This document shows, in pieces, positions 18,008 through 27,768 of a stretch of DNA of 45,652 nt. Below the pieces are notes generated by a model. That model did no database searches. It saw only the letters and a program-made list of their open reading frames with translations, and was not told where the DNA came from. The stretch lies in the IMG/VR virus record IMGVR_UViG_3300005325_000007, positions 1 to 45,652 of that record, one strand, 5' to 3'. A program made the translations under genes and the position numbers. The DNA is from a virus (taxonomy: Duplodnaviria > Caudoviricetes). Within the stretch, counting starts at the first letter, position 1. Every line of letters starts with the position of its first letter.

Positions 18008-20868
18008 GTTCAATATCAAGCAGCATTAGGCTATCCGATCAAATGACCCCGGCCATTAAATCAATGATGGCTGGCATGAATGGCATGATTGCAGGATTTG
18101 AACGGATGGAAACCGCCAGTGCCGGGGCCATCGACACGAAAAGCATGTCCATGGCACGGTCAGAAATGGCAAAAGCAGGAGCGGCCTTCAAGCAGTTTGA
18201 AAAGTCTGTGGAAGATGCTGAAAAAAGCCAAAAGGAGTTTAACAGCACCGCGAAAGCCTCCACCAGCTCCATGGGCGGGCTGATCACTAAAGTCGGGGCC
18301 CTGGCTGCTGGGTATATGTCGTTACAAGCTATTCAGGGCGTTATGGATATGTCGGATACCTATTCACAGACAACGGCCCGGTTAGGGCTGATGAACGACG
18401 GGCTTCAGACCACCGCTGAATTGCAGACAGATATTTTCAATGCGGCCAACGATTCTCACGCCAGTTACCAGTCGATGTCAGACATGGTTTCCAAACTGGG
18501 ACTGATGGCGGGGGATGCCTTTTCAGGAAATAGTGAAATTGTAGATTTTGCCGAACAGGTCAGCAAACAGTTTGTTATTTCCGGGGCCAGTGCCGGGGAA
18601 ACGAGTAACGCCATGCTGCAATTAACGCAGGCCATGGCATCCGGGGTGCTTCGGGGCGATGAGCTTAACAGCATCTTTGAAAACTCCCCTACCTTGATCC
18701 AGACTATTGCGGATTATTTAGGCGTGCCGATCGGGGAGATCCGAAACATGGCGTCTGAAGGTGAGATCACCGCGGATATTATTAAAAACTCCATGTTCAA
18801 GGCGGCTAACGCTACCGATGCAAAGTTTGAAGCTATGGGGATGACGTTTGGTCAATCCTGGACAATCTTTCAAAATAAATCAAATCGGGCCTTTCAAGGC
18901 GTGTTTACCCAGATGGGCCAGCTTGCCAATAGTGATGAGCTGGACGGCTTTCTTGATGGGCTGGCTGGGGGCATTGGGTCAGTAGCCACGGGTATTTCTA
19001 CAATGAGTACCGGATTATCAACGTTGCTTAGCCAGCCGACGACATTAAATTTAGGAGCCGATATAAACGTCGTAGTGACCGAGCTAAAAGAAGAAGCTAC
19101 GGAATCGATGGAACAAATCGCAGAACAGTTTAAAAAACGAGGGCCTGAAATACAGCAAGCCCTTGGCAATGCCACAAATTCGTGGGACAACTTTGTCCAA
19201 AGAATTACCCAAGGAAACGACACATTAAAAACACTCGATTGGGAAAGTGGCACTGCTGATGTTTTTGCCGATTGGATTGACCGTACCGCAAAAGGTGCCG
19301 AAGTGATGGGGTATGTGGCGGCCCAGATTGTTGATTTGCACAATTTATTTTCCGCAATCTGGGCGGGCGACTGGGACGGTGCAAACGGATGGTTAACAAC
19401 GATCCAGGATGACTCTTACCAAATGCAAAAAGTCATGCTTGATTCTGGCGAGAAGTCGACAACCATGTATGCCCAAGGAGTACAAAGCGCGCTCCCAACA
19501 ATGCAAGCAGCTGTTCAACAATCGACAGAAACAGCAATGACGCCCATGACGGCGTTACCCACAACTGCAAACCAAATCGGGGCCAACACTACCAGTTCCT
19601 TTGCCGGTGGGCTGCTGATCAATCAGGGGATCGTGACGAGCAATTCCCAAGGAATAGCCAATGCCACGACGGAGACAATTCGCCCGCTTGAAAACAATAT
19701 GTACACGATCGGTCAAAACTCAACTTTGGGAATGGGGCGATCTATAGCTGACAATGCTGGGGCCACTGAAAAAAGCGCCGCTGGCGTAACTGCGGGGATT
19801 AATAAAATATTCGCTCCGCTGCCAAAAGATTCGCGGTCAATCGCAGATTACATGATGGCCGGACTTGAGGCCGGAATAGGTAACTCAGGAGGTGTTGAAT
19901 CAACGATCATCAGCCTGACAGGTTTGATGCTGGACACATTCAAAAACAAACTGGGCATCCACTCCCCCTCTACAGAAATGTATGATATAGGCGATGATAC
20001 AATGGCCGGACTCTTTAACTCACTCGCTGACAGCGATCTGGTTGCCTTCTGCGAAAGCATTGTAGCCGATATGAAAGCCGCCTTTGAATCTGGAAACTTT
20101 AACCTAAAAGCCGGAATTGAGTATATCGGTGGCGGTGCGGCTGAGTTCTTTAAATCCATTGGAATCGGCGGTGCGTCGCTGGGCGATTTGATTACGCCTT
20201 TAGCGGGCGCTGTCACGTCAGGTTTCGGCAATCGAGATTCATTCATGACCGACAGCGGACAAATGTCAAGTTCTTATCATGAAGGTATTGATATCGGCGC
20301 AGCGGCGGGAACACCAATCGGGGCTGCTGGGGCCGGAACAGTAATCTTTGCTGGCTGGAACGGCGGTTACGGTAATATGGTCGAGATTGACCACGGAAAT
20401 GGATTAACTTCACTTTATGCGCATATGGACAGCATTTTGACCTCACTGGGCCAAACGGTGTCCGCTGGGCAGACCATCGGTACTGTTGGCTCAACCGGTA
20501 ATTCAACTGGCGCTCATCTTCACTTTGGTTTGTATCAGGATGGTGCGGCGATTGATCCAGGGGCCTTATGGGGCTACTCATCAGGAACGATGTCGGCCAG
20601 AGCGGGGATTGCCAGAGTCGGTGAAAATGGGCCAGAACTCATCGGTTTTGGTGGCGGCGAAACAGTCCTAAATTCCAAGAAAACAAAACTATTTGAGTCT
20701 GGAAGACGGGGGCCGAACAGTATTGCCGCCAGTTCTGGTGGCGTAACGGTGCATGTTAATATGAACGGCATCAAAATATCAAATGATATGGATATTAACG
20801 ATGTGGCCGACAAAATAGGCGATATCATCGTTGAAAAAATGAGAACACGCGCAAGCGTGCCAGCATAG
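18004..20868 (+). CDS. Tape measure protein with C-terminal M23 peptidase
   Basis: QLTQAMASGVLRGDELNSI tape-measure motif; HEGIDIG, YAH and HLHF M23 motifs; VGENGPE. Confidence 0.92.
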   Translation: MSSISSSIRLSDQMTPAIKSMMAGMNGMIAGFERMETASAGAIDTKSMSMARSEMAKAGAAFKQFEKSVEDAEKSQKEFNSTAKASTSSMGGLITKVGALAAGYMSLQAIQGVMDMSDTYSQTTARLGLMNDGLQTTAELQTDIFNAANDSHASYQSMSDMVSKLGLMAGDAFSGNSEIVDFAEQVSKQFVISGASAGETSNAMLQLTQAMASGVLRGDELNSIFENSPTLIQTIADYLGVPIGEIRNMASEGEITADIIKNSMFKAANATDAKFEAMGMTFGQSWTIFQNKSNRAFQGVFTQMGQLANSDELDGFLDGLAGGIGSVATGISTMSTGLSTLLSQPTTLNLGADINVVVTELKEEATESMEQIAEQFKKRGPEIQQALGNATNSWDNFVQRITQGNDTLKTLDWESGTADVFADWIDRTAKGAEVMGYVAAQIVDLHNLFSAIWAGDWDGANGWLTTIQDDSYQMQKVMLDSGEKSTTMYAQGVQSALPTMQAAVQQSTETAMTPMTALPTTANQIGANTTSSFAGGLLINQGIVTSNSQGIANATTETIRPLENNMYTIGQNSTLGMGRSIADNAGATEKSAAGVTAGINKIFAPLPKDSRSIADYMMAGLEAGIGNSGGVESTIISLTGLMLDTFKNKLGIHSPSTEMYDIGDDTMAGLFNSLADSDLVAFCESIVADMKAAFESGNFNLKAGIEYIGGGAAEFFKSIGIGGASLGDLITPLAGAVTSGFGNRDSFMTDSGQMSSSYHEGIDIGAAAGTPIGAAGAGTVIFAGWNGGYGNMVEIDHGNGLTSLYAHMDSILTSLGQTVSAGQTIGTVGSTGNSTGAHLHFGLYQDGAAIDPGALWGYSSGTMSARAGIARVGENGPELIGFGGGETVLNSKKTKLFESGRRGPNSIAASSGGVTVHVNMNGIKISNDMDINDVADKIGDIIVEKMRTRASVPA

Positions 20869-20878
20869 GAGGGGTAAA

Positions 20879-21571
20879 ATGGCTTACTTAGTATATCTTA
20901 ATAAAATTTTACTCCCTGTTACCCCGGGCGAAATCAGTATTCACGCTCCGGGGAAAAATGAAACTTTTGAATTAATCGACGGCTCGGAGGTTAATATTCT
21001 CAGGGCCCCGGGGCTTGAAGAAATAACATTTGATTTTCTTCTGCCTCAAACACGGTACCCATTCGCGGCGTACCAAAAGAACCGATTTCAGACCGCGGAA
21101 TATTACATTAAAAAACTCAGCGACCTGAGGGCTAAGAAAACGCCTTTTCAATTTATTCTGTCACGGGCTGTTTTCGTCAGCGATGAAGTGAAAGGGAGGA
21201 TCAACACCTCGTTTAGTACGAATATAAAAGTCGGGATTGAAGACCTGCAGCAAAAAGAAAGTGCCGACAACGGTTTTGATATCGTGATGAGCATTGTATT
21301 AAAAGCGCATCCTGATTACGGAACCAAGACTTTTAAGATCGAAAACGATGTGGCGACACCCGAAGAACCAGACCGCCCAGTGGAACCTGATTTGGTTGTT
21401 TTGCCGAACCAACGCCGAACGTACACTGTGCAGTCGGGCGATTCGTTGTGGGCCATTTGCGCGACTCAATTAGGTAATGGCGGATTGTGCTGGGATGTGG
21501 CGCGAAAAAATAACATCGCTGAGCCAAACCATATATCGGTTGGCCAAGTGATTGATTTGACGGGGTTCTGA
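20879..21571 (+). CDS. LysM-domain tail protein (XkdP-like)
   Basis: LLPVTP N-terminus; C-terminal YTVQSGDSLWAI..NNIAEPNHISVGQVI. Confidence 0.88.
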   Translation: MAYLVYLNKILLPVTPGEISIHAPGKNETFELIDGSEVNILRAPGLEEITFDFLLPQTRYPFAAYQKNRFQTAEYYIKKLSDLRAKKTPFQFILSRAVFVSDEVKGRINTSFSTNIKVGIEDLQQKESADNGFDIVMSIVLKAHPDYGTKTFKIENDVATPEEPDRPVEPDLVVLPNQRRTYTVQSGDSLWAICATQLGNGGLCWDVARKNNIAEPNHISVGQVIDLTGF

Positions 21572-21572
21572 C

Positions 21573-22577
21573 ATGTCTACTGAATTAAGAATACAAAGCG
21601 GCGATCGGGTGTATTTACCGGTTGTTCAGGGCGATATCACACTCACCCGGGAGAAAAACAGTGTGTCGGTTTTAGAATTTAAATTGTTATCAGACAAGAA
21701 AAATCTAGAGATTGTAGAGGGGAACCTAGTTACTTTCACATCGGATGAACTTGAACCGAAGGGGGCGACTCACAATCTTTTCAAAGGGTTTATATTTCGG
21801 CTGAGACCTGACAAAAACGGCTTCATTAGCGTGACAGCTTATGATCAGATCAGGTATCTGAAAAACACAGACACTTATATTTATGAAAATAAAACATTGA
21901 AAGAGTTGTTAGTGATGATCTGCGGTGATTGCCAGATCAAGGCGGGCGCGGACATTATGGATACCGGCTATGTCATCCCTTCCCGGATCGAAGAACAAAA
22001 AGCTTATCTCGATATGATCGTGTCAGCAATTGACTTGACCGGCCAGAACGCCGGAAAAACATATATCCTTTGGGATAATTTCGGGGAGGTGGCCCTTCAC
22101 GATACTGAATTTCATAAAATCCCGCTTGTGATCGGTAACGATACGGCCGGGGATTTTGATTTTGAAACAAACATCGATGATGATACCTACAACCAAATCA
22201 AGTTGTTTCGGGAAAAAGACGACGGTACCCGTGAAGTGTTTGTTAAGTCGAACCCTGACCGTATTAACCAATGGGGGCTGCTGCAGTACAGCGATACCCT
22301 CACCGATGACGAGAATGGTTATAATAAAGCCGAAATTCTGTTAAAGCAAAAGGAATGGAACAAGATAACATTAAGGATGGTTGATTGTTTCGGTGATGCC
22401 AGAGTCAGAGGCGGATCGAGTGTGGTTATTAATTTAGACACATACGCCAATATGGGATTTGCCTATAACGGCATAACCTACCATGGCTGGATGATGGTTA
22501 CGAAAGTAACTCATCGATTTAAAACCGGGTTCCATGTAATGGATCTCGATCTGGAAGGAGGATTTGAACATGGCTGA
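21573..22577 (+). CDS. Baseplate hub protein (XkdQ-like)
   Basis: VTAYDQIRYLKN, TYNQIKL and WGLLQY motifs. Confidence 0.85.
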   Translation: MSTELRIQSGDRVYLPVVQGDITLTREKNSVSVLEFKLLSDKKNLEIVEGNLVTFTSDELEPKGATHNLFKGFIFRLRPDKNGFISVTAYDQIRYLKNTDTYIYENKTLKELLVMICGDCQIKAGADIMDTGYVIPSRIEEQKAYLDMIVSAIDLTGQNAGKTYILWDNFGEVALHDTEFHKIPLVIGNDTAGDFDFETNIDDDTYNQIKLFREKDDGTREVFVKSNPDRINQWGLLQYSDTLTDDENGYNKAEILLKQKEWNKITLRMVDCFGDARVRGGSSVVINLDTYANMGFAYNGITYHGWMMVTKVTHRFKTGFHVMDLDLEGGFEHG

Positions 22578-22878
22578 TCTGGTTGAGGCTTTAAGACAAT
22601 TATCGGCCGATACAGGGGCGGCCTTAAACCCTGTAATCATTGCAACTGGGGTGGTTGTTTCCGTTGATCCGTTAAAAATTCAAATTGACCAAAAAACAAC
22701 GTTGCTGGAATCAATGCTGCGGTTGACCAATGCGGTAAAAGATCACACTACTGATATGGTTATACCGGGGGTTGGCTTAGTGACCGTTTCTGTTGCTAGT
22801 GCCTTAAAGGTCGGGGAAGCTGTTTTTATGGTTCGGGACCAGGGCGGCCAAAAATATACCGTGATAGATAGGACGTGA
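22570..22878 (+). CDS. XkdR/DUF2577-like baseplate protein
   Basis: GVVVSVDPLKI..LKVGE..QGGQKYTVIDR. Confidence 0.8.
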   Translation: MADLVEALRQLSADTGAALNPVIIATGVVVSVDPLKIQIDQKTTLLESMLRLTNAVKDHTTDMVIPGVGLVTVSVASALKVGEAVFMVRDQGGQKYTVIDRT

Positions 22879-22882
22879 AATA

Positions 22883-23266
22883 ATGTTACCTGAATATAGT
22901 AATGCAGTAACGATAGATACTGAGGTTTTGCCCTCTAAAACTTTTTCGATTGCTGAAAATGCGGGAATGATTGACAATCTCGAAGCAGTAAAACAAGCAG
23001 TTGAAATAATTCTCGATGTCAACCGCTACGAGTCACCGATCCTGCCATGGAGTTTCGGCAATGAGATGCGGAACCTGATCGGTGAACCGATGGACTTTGC
23101 AGCTATTGAATCAGAGCGCTACATCAAAGAAGCGTTGAAGCAGGATGACCGCATAACTGCTGTGGTTGATTTTGAATTTACAGAAAACGGCGGGTCGCTG
23201 CTAGCGTCCTATCGAGTTGTGACGATATATGGCGACTTTACAAGAGAAACTGAGGTGAGTTTATAA
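22883..23266 (+). CDS. XkdS/DUF2634-like baseplate wedge protein
   Basis: DNLEAVKQAV..RY..GNE..IKEALKQDDRI..TIYG. Confidence 0.85.
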   Translation: MLPEYSNAVTIDTEVLPSKTFSIAENAGMIDNLEAVKQAVEIILDVNRYESPILPWSFGNEMRNLIGEPMDFAAIESERYIKEALKQDDRITAVVDFEFTENGGSLLASYRVVTIYGDFTRETEVSL

Positions 23267-23267
23267 A

Positions 23268-24365
23268 ATGTACGAAGATCAAACATTCGAGGCCATAATG
23301 GCCCGAAAACTGGCAAAGGCAAAGGAGATTGACCCCACGGTCGATACCAGAACGGGCTCTTTAATTTACCTGACGTCTGCGATTGATGCTGCGGAACAGG
23401 CCCAGCTCTACATTGAACTGGACACGGTCTTAAATCTTGCTTTTGCCGACACCGCCCCCAGAGAATATCTGATCAGGCGGGCGGCCGAACGAGGGGTGTA
23501 CCCGACCCCAGCAGAACCAACCAAAGCGATTCTAAAAGGGCTATTCACGCCCGATACACTGGAAATTGCCAACGGGACCCGGTTCAGGGGAAACGCTCTG
23601 AATTATGCCGTAACCGAAAAAATAAGCGCTGGACTGTATAAACTGGAATGTGAAACAGGCGGTGTTGTTGGAAATCAATATCTTGGCGACCTGGTACCGG
23701 TTTTAAACGTCCCGGGATTAGCAACCTGTCAACTGACTGAGGTTTTAATCCCGGGCGAGGACGTGGAAGATACCGAGGTTTTCCGGGCGAGGTACAAGGC
23801 GTCTTTTAACTCTAATTCTTTCGGGGGGAACGTGCCCGAATATATTGAGAAAGTGAACGCTATTAATGGTGTTGGCGGCGTTAAGGTTTACCCAGTTTGG
23901 GCTGGTGGCGGTACGGTTAAATGCACCATTATTAATTCCAGCTATGGAGTCCCGACCGCAGAATTAATAGCGGCGGTACAGTTGGCCGTCGATCCGGTGC
24001 CGTTGGCGGGATTGGGGGCCGGAACAGCGCCCATCGACCATACTGTTACCATAACCGGGGTGACAAGTACCGCTATCGATATTGCAACCACTATCACCTA
24101 TGAGGACGGATGGAACTTCGCGGCTGTTGAACCGGCAATAAATGCAGCGATTGACGCCTATCTGCTGGAATTGAACCAGACATGGCAAAGTACAAAGACC
24201 TTATCAGCAAATACCGGTTTGATTGTGAGAATTTCGCAAATCGAAACCCGGCTATTAAATATAACAGGGATTTTAGATATTGGCGGGACGACGATAAATG
24301 GAGTGGCTTCAAATCTGACTTTAGGTGTTGATTCGATTGCAGTGCGAGGTGTGATCAGTGGCTAG
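23268..24365 (+). CDS. Baseplate J-like protein (XkdT-like)
   Basis: DTRTGSLIY, FADTA.REYLIRRAAERG, GGN and GVGGVKVYPVW.GGGTVK motifs. Confidence 0.92.
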   Translation: MYEDQTFEAIMARKLAKAKEIDPTVDTRTGSLIYLTSAIDAAEQAQLYIELDTVLNLAFADTAPREYLIRRAAERGVYPTPAEPTKAILKGLFTPDTLEIANGTRFRGNALNYAVTEKISAGLYKLECETGGVVGNQYLGDLVPVLNVPGLATCQLTEVLIPGEDVEDTEVFRARYKASFNSNSFGGNVPEYIEKVNAINGVGGVKVYPVWAGGGTVKCTIINSSYGVPTAELIAAVQLAVDPVPLAGLGAGTAPIDHTVTITGVTSTAIDIATTITYEDGWNFAAVEPAINAAIDAYLLELNQTWQSTKTLSANTGLIVRISQIETRLLNITGILDIGGTTINGVASNLTLGVDSIAVRGVISG

Positions 24366-24897
24366 GGATTTGACAAAATACGTTCTTGATAAGTTCCACG
24401 ACGATAAACAATTTGCGGTAGTCGTTGGTATGGAGACCCCCGAAATAGAAGATTTGTGGGATGGTTGCGACAATATCCGAAACGATCTGTTTATAGAGTC
24501 GCTGACTCCCTCTGGTGCTGCCAGAACCGAGGGGATTATGGGTCTTAAGGTTAAAGCCACGGACTCTTTGGAGGTGCGGCGATTCAGGATTGCGGCAAAG
24601 AATAATGAGCAGTTACCTTATTCGTTTAATATCATTGATCAGCAATTAGCGACGCTTTGCGGGGCTGATGGCTATAGTTTTGTAGTTGACTATGCCGCCC
24701 ATGAAATAGCCGTAAAAGTGGCTTTAACGGCCAAAGGAATGTATGACGAAATAGAGAACCTGTTATTGCGAGTCAGGCCGGCTAACATGGTGATTGATCT
24801 GAGTTTACTCTATAACCAGTGGATCACATTAAGCACAAAGCGCTGGTCTGAATTATCCACTAAAACGTGGTACCAAGTAAGAAATGAGGTGGTTTAA
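24358..24897 (+). CDS. XkdU/DUF2313-like baseplate protein
   Basis: DSLEVRRFRI..LPY..PANM motifs; follows baseplate J. Confidence 0.85.
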   Translation: MARDLTKYVLDKFHDDKQFAVVVGMETPEIEDLWDGCDNIRNDLFIESLTPSGAARTEGIMGLKVKATDSLEVRRFRIAAKNNEQLPYSFNIIDQQLATLCGADGYSFVVDYAAHEIAVKVALTAKGMYDEIENLLLRVRPANMVIDLSLLYNQWITLSTKRWSELSTKTWYQVRNEVV

Positions 24898-25310
24898 TGG
24901 ACTACACGACGAATTTAAATTTAAAGAAACCTGATGGTGAGGTTGACGGTGATTTTGTCATAGTTGAGGATTTGAATAGTAACTTTGATGCTATCGATAC
25001 CGCAGTAGGCGACCATATCGCCGACACATCCAACCCGCACGCCGTCACAAAATCCCAAGTGGGACTAGGCAACTGTGACAATACGGCAGATGTCAATAAA
25101 AACGTCCTGACCGCTACCAAGCTGGCAACGGCTCGAACAATCTCCCTGACTGGCGATGTGACCGGGAGCGTGAGTTTTGACGGTTCGGGGAATGTGGGTA
25201 TTGAAGCCGCAGTTGCGGATGATAGTCATGGTCATGTGATGGGGAATGTGGATGGGTTGAGTGATAGATTTGTTAACTTAAACAGAAAAATAAGAATGGG
25301 GGGGATGTAA
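24897..25310 (+). CDS. Short tail fibre-like protein
   Basis: TTNLNLKKP..LNSNFDAID; NPHAVTKSQVGLGNCDNTAD; ATKLATARTISLTGDVTGSVSFDGS. Confidence 0.8.
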   Translation: MDYTTNLNLKKPDGEVDGDFVIVEDLNSNFDAIDTAVGDHIADTSNPHAVTKSQVGLGNCDNTADVNKNVLTATKLATARTISLTGDVTGSVSFDGSGNVGIEAAVADDSHGHVMGNVDGLSDRFVNLNRKIRMGGM

Positions 25311-25649
25311 ATGGTCATTGGGGATGTAATACCAAAGAAATTGTTTCAAGGGCCTTTAAGCTCTGCGGTGACGGCCGTTTATACCGTGCCGGTAGGTTAC
25401 CGGGCGCACATCGTTGATGTGCTGGTTGTAAACCAAAATACGACCACCGACCGAAAATTTAATATATACGCCCATGGGACAGCGTCCGGCAACCAGATCC
25501 ACCGGAATGTGCCAGTTACAAAGGACTTAAGTGCGGGGATGGTAGATAACAAAATCATCTTGACCGCCGGGGAAGTATTGGGCATGAGCCAGGATTTGGG
25601 AACCGATTTGATCGTCACAATCTATGGTTATGAAGAGGCGGTGGCGTAA
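25311..25649 (+). CDS. Tail fibre-associated beta-rich protein
   Basis: VYTVP..V.N..IILTAGE..IYGYE; position after the fibre gene. Confidence 0.65.
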   Translation: MVIGDVIPKKLFQGPLSSAVTAVYTVPVGYRAHIVDVLVVNQNTTTDRKFNIYAHGTASGNQIHRNVPVTKDLSAGMVDNKIILTAGEVLGMSQDLGTDLIVTIYGYEEAVA

Positions 25650-26767
25650 TGGGAAAATATGTGAGTGATGCACCATTAACAAATAAAATAGTTGACCAAA
25701 TGGGTAGTGAAATGACAGAGTGTTTTGTTCCTAAGATAAATACAAGCCTGTTAAGGTCAATAATTTTACCGGAGTCAATCGGATCTCCGTCATCACTACA
25801 AGCGTTTAAAGTTTTTTACGATGGAGAATTTTTATTTGCGCTTGAGGGTAGTGGAAAATCTTATATAAATAAATATAGCATTGATTCATTAAGTTTGTTG
25901 GCAACTGCTGTGAGCGCAGGAGGTGCCACGTTCTCATGCGGGTGCGTTAATAGTAAAGGGGTGTATGCCGGAGCATCAAATATTCTTTTTGTAAAAAGAT
26001 ATGCAAAAACAAACCTCACTAATGATGTTACATCGCCACCTTTATCTCAATACCCATTAGGGATGGCGTGTGATGAAGATTATATTTATGTTTTAACTAC
26101 AAAAACTATTTATAAATTAAATGCAACGACGTTGGCTATATTAGCATCATATGTTAATCCACAAACAATAGCATGTTCTGCTATCACACTAGATAAGGAT
26201 AACAGCAAATTAATTGTGACAGTGGGAGATTCTGGAACACTTTTACAGTATGTAAGAGTGTTTAATACGAGCAACCTAAGTTTGTTAAATGCGTCATGGT
26301 GTCCACCAGATCAAGGATATTTAAGCACACACATTGTTAACGATGGTGTTGATTTTATTCTCGCCAGACGAGGGGGGTATGGTCTTACGCACATGTTCCG
26401 TGGAGATTTTACGAGAAGTTTTGTTTCGGAAAATGACTATTTGACAGCCCGCAAAAGTTATGATGATGGTGAAACATACGTTACTACCAATATATACCCA
26501 TACGGATTAAGTAAGTATGGTCAGTATGCGTTTTTGATACGGCGAGATATCAATGGATATGCTGTTTTGTCCGTTATTGATATTAAGTCAGGTGTTGAAA
26601 TATCAGCAAATAGGATTACAAGACCTAATAGCAGCTCAAATGAAGTGTCTGATTTGGCAATTTCAGACGATGGAAAAAAGGTGTTTTTTACCATCAGTAA
26701 AACAGTCTCAGGATATTGGCACGCACTGTGTGTGTTAGACATTGAGTGGGAACAAAAATATAAGTAA
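25649..26767 (+). CDS. Putative receptor-binding protein (beta-propeller-like)
   Basis: Repeated short beta-strand motifs (DEDYIYVL, DLAISDDGKKVFF); visibly AT-richer than the tail genes; end of tail module. Confidence 0.55.
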   Translation: MGKYVSDAPLTNKIVDQMGSEMTECFVPKINTSLLRSIILPESIGSPSSLQAFKVFYDGEFLFALEGSGKSYINKYSIDSLSLLATAVSAGGATFSCGCVNSKGVYAGASNILFVKRYAKTNLTNDVTSPPLSQYPLGMACDEDYIYVLTTKTIYKLNATTLAILASYVNPQTIACSAITLDKDNSKLIVTVGDSGTLLQYVRVFNTSNLSLLNASWCPPDQGYLSTHIVNDGVDFILARRGGYGLTHMFRGDFTRSFVSENDYLTARKSYDDGETYVTTNIYPYGLSKYGQYAFLIRRDINGYAVLSVIDIKSGVEISANRITRPNSSSNEVSDLAISDDGKKVFFTISKTVSGYWHALCVLDIEWEQKYK

Positions 26768-26793
26768 TTTAAAAAAAAAGGAGAGTTGAAAAA

Positions 26794-27066
26794 ATGATTT
26801 ATGTATTTAAGAGTGTATTTGACGAAAGTGTCAGCGTTGTTTTTGACGAAACAACGTTATGTGATGAAGATAAAAAGAGAGGATTTGCATTCGAAGGTCT
26901 TCCAGATTTAGTTGAACAGCCGGGTAAGTTTGCCGTTTTAAAACTAGACGAAGCACATAATGTTTTGTATTACGACTATGTTGATAAGTCAGTTGACCCG
27001 CTTGAAGAAAGAATTGTAACGGTTGAGGATGCAATTGCTGAGCTGATTATGGGAGGTGTAATGTAA
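26794..27066 (+). CDS. Small tail-end protein
   Basis: AGGAG RBS; LYYDY..LEERI..EDAIAEL C-terminus typical of genes after the fibre. Confidence 0.7.
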   Translation: MIYVFKSVFDESVSVVFDETTLCDEDKKRGFAFEGLPDLVEQPGKFAVLKLDEAHNVLYYDYVDKSVDPLEERIVTVEDAIAELIMGGVM

Positions 27067-27206
27067 TGGCGGTATTTATGGCGAAAAGAATTATTGCGGG
27101 TAAAAACGCCTATGCGGAGGTTGTTTCGGCAAGACCAGATTTAAAAGCCGGAATTGACGAATACTTAATTGCAGAAGGACATGAAGATTTGATTGTAGCA
27201 GCTTAG
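27066..27206 (+). CDS. Small protein (46 aa; XkdX/CD1375-like position)
   Basis: GGAGGT RBS; TAATG coupling; MAVFMAKRIIAGK...; read manually. Confidence 0.65.
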   Translation: MAVFMAKRIIAGKNAYAEVVSARPDLKAGIDEYLIAEGHEDLIVAA

Positions 27207-27267
27207 GCTGTTTTTTTATTGCTCAGGGGCGGGAAACCGTCCCTATTTATTTGAAAGGGGACGGTTT

Positions 27268-27516
27268 ATGTTATTTGACTGGACAGCAGCAGGGGTTTTA
27301 ATAGCTTTAATATGCCTAATCATAACACTCATGAAGTTGAGTTCTGAGTGGGGTAAGGTAGCGGCAGCAATGGTTAATTTGCAGGAATGTATCAAGGAAT
27401 TACGAGATTCAAATAAAGAGTCTCATGGTCGGATTCATTGCAAATTAGAGGATCATGACGAGTATCTGGCAGATCATGATAAGCGGATCACAATTTTAGA
27501 AACTAAGGAGAAATAA
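27268..27516 (+). CDS. XhlA-like lysis membrane protein
   Basis: N-terminal TM segment, coiled coil ending HDKRITILE; directly before the holin. Confidence 0.65.
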   Translation: MLFDWTAAGVLIALICLIITLMKLSSEWGKVAAAMVNLQECIKELRDSNKESHGRIHCKLEDHDEYLADHDKRITILETKEK

Positions 27517-27517
27517 A

Positions 27518-27766
27518 ATGAATTGGAAATTAGATATTAAACAACGGTTGCGAAACAAAAAGTTTATGACAAGCCTGGCATTAAGTTTGGCTGTCATGGT
27601 CGGTAGTTATTTCAGTCTATCCCCAACAGATTTAACCACGTGGGGTGCTGTTCTGGATGTTGGATTAAAAATTATCAGCAACCCATGGGTGGTTGGTTCA
27701 GTAGTCTGGAACATTTACAATGCTTTCACTAACCCACTGAGCGATGGTTTAGGGGACGGTAAATAA
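27518..27766 (+). CDS. Holin
   Basis: RLRNKKF..two hydrophobic segments..NP..NP.SDGLGD, like phiLC3-type holins; precedes the lysin. Confidence 0.85.
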   Translation: MNWKLDIKQRLRNKKFMTSLALSLAVMVGSYFSLSPTDLTTWGAVLDVGLKIISNPWVVGSVVWNIYNAFTNPLSDGLGDGK

Positions 27767-27768
27767 CC

